The notes beneath the pieces were generated by a model. The model saw only the letters and a program-made list of their open reading frames with translations. It ran no database searches and was not told the DNA's origin. This document shows positions 17,505-25,934 of a stretch of DNA of 47,487 bases, piece after piece. Origin of the DNA: an uncultured archaeon (GTDB lineage: Archaea > Asgardarchaeota > Lokiarchaeia > Sigyniarchaeales > SOKP01). The translations under genes and the position numbers were made by a program. Location of the stretch: contig CAZDTP010000027.1 in NCBI GenBank assembly GCA_964508365.1, positions 1-47,487 of the forward strand. Direction: 5' to 3'. The first letter of the stretch is position 1, and each line of letters starts with the position of its first letter.

Positions 17505-18311
17505 ATGGGAATTCCCGATCACTCTGCAATAGTATCAAAGATAAAACGAACTCCTGAAAAATTTAAAATTCACAATTTATTTATTTTCAATAAATCAGGG
17601 ATATGCATTTACGGATTAAATCTTACAAATCTTTACCCCATAGAGCAAGAACAACTCATCTCTTCTTACTTTACAGCCCTGATGTCGTTCACCAAAGAAT
17701 TAATTGGAGATAAAATTAAAACAGTTGAGATGGGGGGTGGTATAAAGCTAGTTGTTTTTGAAAAAAAGACATTATTTTACAGTATTCTTTGTAGTACAAT
17801 TGAAAGTATAGAGTTTCTTGAAGATTTAATTTCTAAAATAGAATTACAATTTTTGATTTATGTTAATAAAAATAACATTAAGACGGATTTAGAATATGTT
17901 TACGACGAGCATTTAAACTACCTCATAGAGGATATTATCAAGGAGCCTTTTAACAACGAATTTGATATAGCTCAACAAAAAGAGGTCATAAATTTCCTTA
18001 TCGACTTTAAGTCAAAAGACGATATTAAAGGTGTTATTCTTTTAACTCATAGAGGAAATGTAATTTACTCTTCAATAAATGACAACATGTTGAAACCATT
18101 CTTAAAAGAAGTAGATTTTAGGGTGAAAATATCGAATAATTCTATTTTAAAATTATTTTATACTTCTAAAAACAGGGAGTTAATTTTTTCTGAAAATGTG
18201 AACGATTTGTTTATAGTTATTCTTATTTTTGAAAGTAAAATTAGATTTGGAATAGCTGAGTTTTATTTACAAAAAGTTATAAAAAAAATTAAGACCCTTA
18301 TTGGAATGTAA
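17505..18311 (+). CDS. Longin-like plus roadblock/profilin-like two-domain protein
   Basis: N-domain IHNLFIFNKSGICIY...QLISSYFTALMSFTKEL follows the Asgard longin pattern. C-domain has IKGVILLTHRGNVIYSS. Confidence 0.7.
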   Translation: MGIPDHSAIVSKIKRTPEKFKIHNLFIFNKSGICIYGLNLTNLYPIEQEQLISSYFTALMSFTKELIGDKIKTVEMGGGIKLVVFEKKTLFYSILCSTIESIEFLEDLISKIELQFLIYVNKNNIKTDLEYVYDEHLNYLIEDIIKEPFNNEFDIAQQKEVINFLIDFKSKDDIKGVILLTHRGNVIYSSINDNMLKPFLKEVDFRVKISNNSILKLFYTSKNRELIFSENVNDLFIVILIFESKIRFGIAEFYLQKVIKKIKTLIGM

Positions 18312-18462
18312 CTAATGATGGCGTTAAGTTAATACTACATAATCTGAAACCTTCGCACTTGAAATAGAGAAACTGTAAACAATGGTTTCTTATTATTTAT
18401 AAAATACAAATTAAAATATTATAATAAATAATAAAATATAAAAATCTTAAGTGAAATTTAAT

Positions 18463-18966
18463 ATGACCAAATCAGAAGAGGGATTAAAAACAGCATTTGC
18501 TGGTGAATCCCAAGCCAATAGGAAGTATTTGGCTTTTGCGAAAAAAGCTGAGCAAGAAGGTTTTCCAGGTGTAGCGCGCTTATTCCACGCAGCTGCTGCC
18601 GCCGAAACAGTCCACGCACATAATCACCTGCGGGTCTTAGGAGGCATCAAATCAACTGCTGAAAACTTAAAGGAAGCAATTGAAGGGGAATTTTATGAGT
18701 TTAATAAGATGTATCCGGAATTCATAAAAGCAGCTATTAATGATGGAAACGAGAGCGCAAAACGTTCTTTCAATTACGCTAATGAAGTAGAAAAAATACA
18801 CCATGAATTATACAAAAAAGCATTAGAATTAGTGGAAAATGGGAAAGATCTAGAAGATAAATCAATGTATGTCTGTGCTGTTTGTGGATACACACATCAA
18901 GGAGATCCTCCAGATACATGTCCTGTCTGTAATTCTCCTAAAAAAGTATTTGATAAAATTGATTAG
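18463..18966 (+). CDS. rbr: Rubrerythrin
   Basis: AFAGESQA, ETVHA, EGEFYE and EKIH diiron ligands, plus a C-terminal CAVC...CPVC rubredoxin site. ATG 18463. Confidence 0.95.
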   Translation: MTKSEEGLKTAFAGESQANRKYLAFAKKAEQEGFPGVARLFHAAAAAETVHAHNHLRVLGGIKSTAENLKEAIEGEFYEFNKMYPEFIKAAINDGNESAKRSFNYANEVEKIHHELYKKALELVENGKDLEDKSMYVCAVCGYTHQGDPPDTCPVCNSPKKVFDKID

Positions 18967-18977
18967 AACCTTTTTTT

Positions 18978-20561
18978 TTAAATTGACCAAGGCTTATAAC
19001 CTTCCTGTATTTTACGGAAATAATCATCAATTGAGAATTCCAATTCCTTTTCAACCCTTCGCAACGCTCCCATAGTTGCTCCATTAGCGTAATACCGTAA
19101 GAGCAATTCGGAAGTAGAAGAATCGCCTAAGGAGATAAGTGCCTGTAATCTCGCAGCACTAATTGTTCTTTTTATATCTTTGAATTTAATTTTAATTGAA
19201 GAGAGTTTTCTTAATTCATTTTCTAATAATTTAAATCTGTCTAATAAAACATTTAGATTTTCAGATAAATAATAATGGCATTTATTCTCATATGGAGTGT
19301 TTAACTTAGGAACAAATGGGTTAATATTTACTTTTAGTTGATTTCCAGTAAAACCTAACTTTTCGATAGACTTTAAGAGAGTGACTATATCTAAAATATC
19401 ATCATCAGTTTCCCCGGGTAACCCTATAAGAAAATAAAATTTTATATTTTTAATTTTGGACTTACGAATCATCTCTATTGCGTGTAAAATTGAATCGTTA
19501 GAAACTTTTTTGTTTAAATCATATCTTAGTGAATCATTACCAACTTCAGGAGCTATTGTAATAGTTTTTATATCGCTTCGCTCAAGGATTTGAATAACAT
19601 GGGGTGTAATATGTTCAATTCTTATAGAAGGTATGCTAAGGCGTTTACCAGATTTAAGTATAAACTCACAAATTTCAGAAAATCTGGGATGTGAAGAGAC
19701 ACATGAACCTATAAGGCTAATTTTTTCAAAATTTGAATATTTCAATCCATTTTTAATCGATTTGATAATTTCATCGAAACTTTTATTTCTGAAAGGATAG
19801 TTATGAAATGAAGATAAACAAAACTTACAGCGAAAAGGACATCCCCTATTTATTTCAACTAAATAGTTCTCTTCAAAAATTTTTTTATTATTTTCACTTT
19901 TCGATAATAGTTGATATGCTGGAGTAGGTGATTGATTCAAATTTTCCAATACTGTGCGATTTGTAGGATTATCTATACTTGGAATATAAATACCTTCAAT
20001 TTTTGTAACCTTGTTAAAAAAATCTTCAATAGAATAATTTCTAGATTTGAAATCTAAGAATTTATCAAAAAAATCTTTCAGGTTTGGCTCTCCATCTCCA
20101 ATAAAAAAAAGATCAAACACTTTGCTCATTGGTAAGGGATTAGAGGTTATAGCGGGACCCCCACCTATTATTAGAGGAAAACCTTCAGAGTTTCGAGATA
20201 TATGGTTTAATCGTTTTTCGGATTCCAAAGGAATTTGTGCTTTCTCCAAAATCCATAAGATGTTTTTGAAATCGTTTTCATAATGAACGGAAAATCCTAG
20301 AATATCAAAATCTGTAGGTAATAATCTATTTTCAATGCTCCGAATGCGATTAATAGAGGAGAAATCATCAAACGCGGGATATTTTATATTTTCTGGAAGG
20401 AAAAATCGTTCACAAGCATAATTTGGATTTGAATTAATCATAAAGTAGAGCAATCTAATAGAATAAGAAGACATACCCATTTTATATGTATTTGGATATA
20501 TTAATCCAAATGACAAATCGATTTTTCTCCAATCTTTGATAATTAGGCTTTCTTCAAACAT
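18978..20561 (-). CDS. Radical SAM protein with an N-terminal B12-binding-like domain
   Basis: EINRGCPFRCKFC (CxxxCxxC), YPNTYKMGMSS, IIGGGP and FYFLIGLPGET. Confidence 0.9.
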   Translation of the reverse strand: MFEESLIIKDWRKIDLSFGLIYPNTYKMGMSSYSIRLLYFMINSNPNYACERFFLPENIKYPAFDDFSSINRIRSIENRLLPTDFDILGFSVHYENDFKNILWILEKAQIPLESEKRLNHISRNSEGFPLIIGGGPAITSNPLPMSKVFDLFFIGDGEPNLKDFFDKFLDFKSRNYSIEDFFNKVTKIEGIYIPSIDNPTNRTVLENLNQSPTPAYQLLSKSENNKKIFEENYLVEINRGCPFRCKFCLSSFHNYPFRNKSFDEIIKSIKNGLKYSNFEKISLIGSCVSSHPRFSEICEFILKSGKRLSIPSIRIEHITPHVIQILERSDIKTITIAPEVGNDSLRYDLNKKVSNDSILHAIEMIRKSKIKNIKFYFLIGLPGETDDDILDIVTLLKSIEKLGFTGNQLKVNINPFVPKLNTPYENKCHYYLSENLNVLLDRFKLLENELRKLSSIKIKFKDIKRTISAARLQALISLGDSSTSELLLRYYANGATMGALRRVEKELEFSIDDYFRKIQEGYKPWSI

Positions 20562-20597
20562 ACAGAAATTACCATGATTCGTTAGAACATTGTATGA

Positions 20598-21398
20598 TCA
20601 AGAATCTCGCTCTAGTACTTTTAATGATTTCTTAATTTCTTCAACAATTAAAGGTAAAACTCTCCCAATTTTATGGTGAATTACAACCTCTGCTTTCTCA
20701 TCTAAATCTGTTCGTTGATCATTTACGATGATTAACTTTCCCTTTTCTCTTAAAGTATATAATGGTAAATCACACGCAGGAGCAACTGAAAGAGAGGAAC
20801 CTGCAATTAGCATTACATCCGCTTTCTGAGCTAATGCTTGAGATTGATACATCTCGAACCGGGGTAGACCTTCACCGAATAAAACAACAGAGGGTTTAAG
20901 GGGTGCAGCACAAAAATCACAGCTAGGTCCTTGTTTCTTCTCTCTTTTTAATTTTCGATAAATTTGTTCTTTTGTATATGATGCTCTACATCCTAAGCAG
21001 CTAAACCTATTGATACTCCCGTGAACTTCATAAACTATTACATGGCCAGCCTTTTGATGAAGCTCGTCTATATTTTGAGTGATTACCGCTTTTAATATGT
21101 CCAAATTTTCGAGTTCCGCAAGAGCGTAATGTCCTAGATTTGGTTTTGCTTCGAATATATTAGGAGCAATCTTCTTAGCCATTTCCCAGAATTTAGCTGG
21201 ATTTTTAAGAAATGATTGTATGTTTCCATAAATTTCGGGTTTGTATTTTTCCCAAATACCTCCCTCGCTTCTAAAATCCGGAATTCCTGATTCTGTAGAG
21301 ATTCCTGCCCCAGTTAACGCTATTGCTTCTTTAGAATTAAGAAGTAAATTCGCTGCTTGCTGAATTTTCTTTTTTTCAAGTAAATTAATAATTTTCAT
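20598..21398 (-). CDS. cobB: NAD-dependent protein deacylase, Sir2 family
   Basis: TGAGISTESGIPDFR, TQNIDELH, HGS, two CxxC pairs, VVLFGE and GSSL. Confidence 0.96.
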   Translation of the reverse strand: MKIINLLEKKKIQQAANLLLNSKEAIALTGAGISTESGIPDFRSEGGIWEKYKPEIYGNIQSFLKNPAKFWEMAKKIAPNIFEAKPNLGHYALAELENLDILKAVITQNIDELHQKAGHVIVYEVHGSINRFSCLGCRASYTKEQIYRKLKREKKQGPSCDFCAAPLKPSVVLFGEGLPRFEMYQSQALAQKADVMLIAGSSLSVAPACDLPLYTLREKGKLIIVNDQRTDLDEKAEVVIHHKIGRVLPLIVEEIKKSLKVLERDS

Positions 21399-21657
21399 GT
21401 ACTTTGGTTACAATTTCTAGATTAAGAATTGAGTATCTATTCAATACTCTAGTGGCTTGATTATTTTTATTATATTTATAGAAATTATTAAAAGTTAATT
21501 GTTATAGAGGTACAGAAAAACTATAAAATTCCTAAAATTAAAATATATCTTATATTTCTTTTATTTAAACTTAATTTAAAAGAAAAGAATTAAATTTTTC
21601 ATTAATTTAAATTCTTAAGGGATATCTTAAGTATTGAGCTATTATTTTCTTTAAAAA

Positions 21658-22545
21658 ATGATTACTGGGTTCTCTATAATCATAGATGATGATGTGTTAT
21701 ATATTTCAAATGAAAACAAGTATCCCGCATTTGAAATTGTAATATTTGTACAGAAATTAATAAGTAGTCTTAATCCTAAAAATTTCTGGCGATTAACTGA
21801 CATCTATTTCGAAGGAGAAATTGGTAAAGAACGTATGATAATAAAACACCTTGTCACTGAGAATGATCAAAACCTATTTTATTGTATTACAGGTGATTTC
21901 CTTTCTAATTCTGAAGAAGTATCTAAGCTCATGACAGAGTATTATGAAAAAGTTACACTGAACTATGAAACGGCAGAAATTATTCAAAAAGCCTCAAAAA
22001 ATTCTGAATTTTCAAAAATTATCAAGCTTATTACTGGTTATCTCTGGGATAAATATAGAGAGCCATTGGAAGATGAAAATATCGAATTAAAATTTTCTGA
22101 TACGGAAAACAAAATAATTTATTGTGGAATTTCTTCTCAAGGATTGCCAATTATTTCACAATTATACGACAAAACGCTTCTACTCAACTTTCACAGAGAA
22201 GTTACGAATGAAAATATAGAATTATTAAGCTCAAATATTTCAGCTAAATTAGCTACGATAGCTATGAATACTCAAATTAGGGCTAAAACTAACATAAAAG
22301 AAGTTCATTTTGATGATTTAGGGGATAATGGAAGCAAAAAAATAATACTCTATAGTAATATTAACGATTACTCCTTAGATTTCATTGCTTCAGGGGATTT
22401 TGTTAAAATTAAAGAAATTTTCAAACAATTGGAAGAAATTATCTCTCAGGAACACGTTTTAAAAAATGAATTCATGGGTAATTTAAAACCATATAGATAT
22501 TTAAAAACTCATCTCGATGATATGATCCTTCAATTTGATCAATAA
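21658..22545 (+). CDS. Hypothetical protein, probable tandem longin-like domains
   Basis: Two beta-beta-alpha-beta units starting MITGFSIIIDDDVLY and IIYCGISSQGLPII. The fold assignment is by pattern only. Confidence 0.5.
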   Translation: MITGFSIIIDDDVLYISNENKYPAFEIVIFVQKLISSLNPKNFWRLTDIYFEGEIGKERMIIKHLVTENDQNLFYCITGDFLSNSEEVSKLMTEYYEKVTLNYETAEIIQKASKNSEFSKIIKLITGYLWDKYREPLEDENIELKFSDTENKIIYCGISSQGLPIISQLYDKTLLLNFHREVTNENIELLSSNISAKLATIAMNTQIRAKTNIKEVHFDDLGDNGSKKIILYSNINDYSLDFIASGDFVKIKEIFKQLEEIISQEHVLKNEFMGNLKPYRYLKTHLDDMILQFDQ

Positions 22546-22576
22546 TTCCTAAATAAAATGGTTCGTTCTTATCCAT

Positions 22577-23866
22577 ATGAAGGCTGTTATTTTAGCAGCA
22601 GGAAAGGGTACACGACTTAATCCCATCACATCTACGGTTCCAAAACCAATGATTCCTATTGGAGGTAAACCGTTATTAGAACACGCCTTATTAAACTTAA
22701 AAGACATCGGAGTTCAGGAAATTTTAATACTCGTCGGATATAAAGAAGAAATTATCAAGAATTATTTTAGTAATGGGCTATCTAAATTGAATGTTAAGAT
22801 CGAATATGCTACGCAATTAGAACACTTAGGAACTGCTCACGCGGTTGGTTTTGCGAAAGATTTCGTAGGAGACGATGACTTCTTACTAATGTATGGTGAT
22901 TTATTAACAGATCCACAAGTATTTAAAGAAATTTTGGAGATTTACAAGAAAAGTAGCTGCGAAGGATTGATTACTTTATTTAAAGTCAACAATCCACAAG
23001 AATATGGGATTATTTCATTGAATAAAGAAGCTTATGTTGAAAAAATAACTGAAAAACCTTCCGTAGATTTAACTCTCGGAAATCTAGCAAATGCCGGAAT
23101 ATTCATCTTTACTCCTTTAATATTCAAAGCAATAGAATTAACAAAGTTATCCATACGGAATGAATATGAGTTTACTGATTCAATGCAAATCCTGATTAGC
23201 CAGTTAAAGGGAAAAATAAGAGGATATGTTATAAAAGATTTATTCTGGAGTGATATAGGATTACCTTGGCACCTTTTAGAAGCAAATGAATTTATTTTAA
23301 AAAGAATGAAATCCAGTTTAGAAGGAAAACTTGAAGAAAATGTAAATCTGTCAGGAAATGTATTCATCGGTAAAAACACATTAGTCAAATCTGGTTCTTA
23401 CATTCAAGGGCCTTGTTATATTGGAGAAAATTCCTTAATCGGTCCAAATGCATATATACGACCATACACCTATATCGGTAATGAATGTCACATTGGAATG
23501 TCTGAGGTTAAGAATTCGTTAATTTTCTCAAATACCTCTATTCCTCATTTTAATTATATTAGTGATTCGATAATATGTGAAAATGTTAATCTCGGCGCAG
23601 GTACGAAAATATCCAATCTAAGATTTGATAATAAACATATTTCGATGAATATCAATGAAAAACCCATCAATTCAGGTAGAAGAAAATTAGGTGCTATTAT
23701 CGGACCTAACTCGCGAACGGGAATTAATTCCAGCATAATGTGTGGTAAAAAAATCGGGAGAGATTCGATAATAGGCGCTCAAACACTCGTAAACGAAGAT
23801 GTTCCTTCAAATACTTTATTCTACCAAGATGAAAACGGGATAATAAAAAAAACTAGAAAAATATGA
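22577..23866 (+). CDS. glmU: Archaeal bifunctional sugar-1-phosphate nucleotidylyltransferase/acetyltransferase (GlmU-type)
   Basis: ILAAGKGTRL...PKPM, EKP, C-terminal hexapeptide repeats, HFNYISDS and GRRKLGAIIG. Confidence 0.88.
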   Translation: MKAVILAAGKGTRLNPITSTVPKPMIPIGGKPLLEHALLNLKDIGVQEILILVGYKEEIIKNYFSNGLSKLNVKIEYATQLEHLGTAHAVGFAKDFVGDDDFLLMYGDLLTDPQVFKEILEIYKKSSCEGLITLFKVNNPQEYGIISLNKEAYVEKITEKPSVDLTLGNLANAGIFIFTPLIFKAIELTKLSIRNEYEFTDSMQILISQLKGKIRGYVIKDLFWSDIGLPWHLLEANEFILKRMKSSLEGKLEENVNLSGNVFIGKNTLVKSGSYIQGPCYIGENSLIGPNAYIRPYTYIGNECHIGMSEVKNSLIFSNTSIPHFNYISDSIICENVNLGAGTKISNLRFDNKHISMNINEKPINSGRRKLGAIIGPNSRTGINSSIMCGKKIGRDSIIGAQTLVNEDVPSNTLFYQDENGIIKKTRKI

Positions 23867-23921
23867 TATAACTGGATTTAAAAATCCAAAAAAACAATAT
23901 TAAACGCTAAAATTGTATCAA

Positions 23922-24731
23922 TTATTCAGAGGATTCTTCTTTAACTTCATCCAAATCACTTGAAATATCATTTGTAGAAGGCTCTGGTTTTTTATATGTT
24001 TTATTCTTAGCAAACTTCTTTACATTTATTCGCTCTGTTCTTTTTATGTCGCTTTTTCGAGATCGTTTGACATCAACTTCGACTAAATCAAAATCTTCAT
24101 CTTGAGTTACGTATACTGTATCCTCTCCCCCCTCTGGAACGCTTACCAATTTACATTTAATGATTGAGCAGTTCGATAGCGGATAAATAGTTTTAGCTAT
24201 TCTTAAGATTTGATTGGTAAATTCAGAATAAATCATTCCAGTAATGAATTTCTCATGGTTTAATGTTTTTGCGAACTCTTTCAAAATTTCTCTCATAATT
24301 TTACGAATTACAATTTGTTGCGAACTTCGGGCTTGTTTTATCGTAGTGCATATAATCGTTAATCTATAGATATAATTATCTTTAGTAGTTAGATTAATTA
24401 TGGTTTGAATCTTAGAACTTCCTCTTCCGATTAAGGATCTAACATAGTCGTTAGTATATGAATGCCCTAAAAACATAGATTGTGCTTGCTTTGTTTCTTG
24501 CTTGACTTGGATTACTTTGAATTTCAGTTTTAAACTTATATCTTCGTAACGATTCGTAAAATCATATAGTAGGGTTTCAATGGTTCTTCCGTTAATAGTG
24601 TTATCCATTCCTATTATTTCTCCAATAGGTTTAAAGTTGAAGCTTTTTGGGGCAATGATAGTGTACCAATCTTTATCTTTAAATGTTACTCTCCTTAACT
24701 TTGGCTTCTTTTTTTTTACTTTCTGACTCAT
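23922..24731 (-). CDS. rps3ae: 30S ribosomal protein eS1 (S3Ae) with a long C-terminal extension
   Basis: KDWYTIIAPKSF, GRTIETLLYDFT, KLKFKV and IYPL. Confidence 0.95.
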   Translation of the reverse strand: MSQKVKKKKPKLRRVTFKDKDWYTIIAPKSFNFKPIGEIIGMDNTINGRTIETLLYDFTNRYEDISLKLKFKVIQVKQETKQAQSMFLGHSYTNDYVRSLIGRGSSKIQTIINLTTKDNYIYRLTIICTTIKQARSSQQIVIRKIMREILKEFAKTLNHEKFITGMIYSEFTNQILRIAKTIYPLSNCSIIKCKLVSVPEGGEDTVYVTQDEDFDLVEVDVKRSRKSDIKRTERINVKKFAKNKTYKKPEPSTNDISSDLDEVKEESSE

Positions 24732-24740
24732 ACCTTATGT

Positions 24741-25199
24741 TTACCTCATCACAATTGTCCTAATTCTATCCGGATCGTATTTGAAATCAGGTTCGAGCAC
24801 TTTTTTTTCCTTGTAATATTTAATCAACCTATAAATCTTACTCTCTGTTCTTTGTAGTCCTTTCTTTGAATCCAAATCCTTATGGTTTGACTCCAAATGT
24901 TTTCTTAATACAAGCGCTTTTTTTACTAAATTAGTTAAGTCTTCTGGTAGAGGGGTTTTAATTTCATTTTCTTTAAGGATTTGTGAAATAGATTTACCGG
25001 TAACTACTTTCACTAAAGGGATACCATAAGAATCTCTTAATATCACGCCTATTAGGGATTGAGAAAAACCCTTTCTAGCTAATTTAATGACCTCGTTTTC
25101 TACTTCTTCAGAAGAAAGTTCTACCCACACAGGTTTTTCTAATCTAGCTGGGCGTGTACTTCCAGATTTCCCTTTTTTTCTTGAGTGCATTCGAGCCAT
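24741..25199 (-). CDS. rps15: 30S ribosomal protein uS15 (S15/S13e)
   Basis: MARMHSRKKGKSGS, IGVILRDSYGIP, PEDLTNL and ESKIYRLIKYY. Confidence 0.98.
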   Translation of the reverse strand: MARMHSRKKGKSGSTRPARLEKPVWVELSSEEVENEVIKLARKGFSQSLIGVILRDSYGIPLVKVVTGKSISQILKENEIKTPLPEDLTNLVKKALVLRKHLESNHKDLDSKKGLQRTESKIYRLIKYYKEKKVLEPDFKYDPDRIRTIVMR

Positions 25200-25340
25200 T
25201 TTATGCGGCCTAGTTTATGAATAATTTAATAATAGTAATTTTATTGATGAACTATATAAAGAATCATGTAAATTAAAATTTTTGAAATTACTAATTAAAA
25301 CCTTATTAATCTAAATATATCATAGGAATTTATTGTACAT

Positions 25341-25931
25341 ATGAAACAAGAAAAAGAAATAATTTATTTTATAACTGGGAATAATCATAAGTATAAGGAA
25401 ATTAAAAAATTATTCCAAAAGGAAGAATTAGATTATGATTTAAAGCAGAAAACCGCTGCAACTATTGAGATTCAAGCATCTAATATTAAAGAAGTCGCTC
25501 TCTTTAAACTTAATAGTGTAAAAACGAATTTTAATAACTCTTATTTTGTTGAGGATGCGGGATTTTTTATTGATGTTCCTCTCAAAGGATTCCCCGGAGT
25601 ATATTCCAAGTTTGTATTAAATACTATAGGTAATAAAGGTATATTGAGACTCATTAACGATTATTGGAACACTGCTGCTCATTTTGAAGCTGTAATCGCA
25701 CTTTATTTTCAACCTCTGAACGAAATCATAGTATTTGAGGGAACTGTAGAAGGAGAAGTTTCAGAGAAAATTAGGGGAACGGGAGGTTTTGGTTTCGATC
25801 CCATCTTTATCCCTAAAGAAATGCCAACAAGCACCTTTGCTGAATTAACTACTGAGGAAAAAAATAGTGTATCCCATAGAGGGAAAGCTTGGAAGAAAAT
25901 GTTTGAATTTCTTAAAAAAAATCCAATTTAA
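25341..25931 (+). CDS. rdgB: Non-canonical purine NTP pyrophosphatase (HAM1/RdgB)
   Basis: TGNNHK, VEDAG, GFPGVYSK, GFGFDPIF and KNSVSHRGKA. Confidence 0.96.
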   Translation: MKQEKEIIYFITGNNHKYKEIKKLFQKEELDYDLKQKTAATIEIQASNIKEVALFKLNSVKTNFNNSYFVEDAGFFIDVPLKGFPGVYSKFVLNTIGNKGILRLINDYWNTAAHFEAVIALYFQPLNEIIVFEGTVEGEVSEKIRGTGGFGFDPIFIPKEMPTSTFAELTTEEKNSVSHRGKAWKKMFEFLKKNPI

Positions 25932-25934
25932 TCG

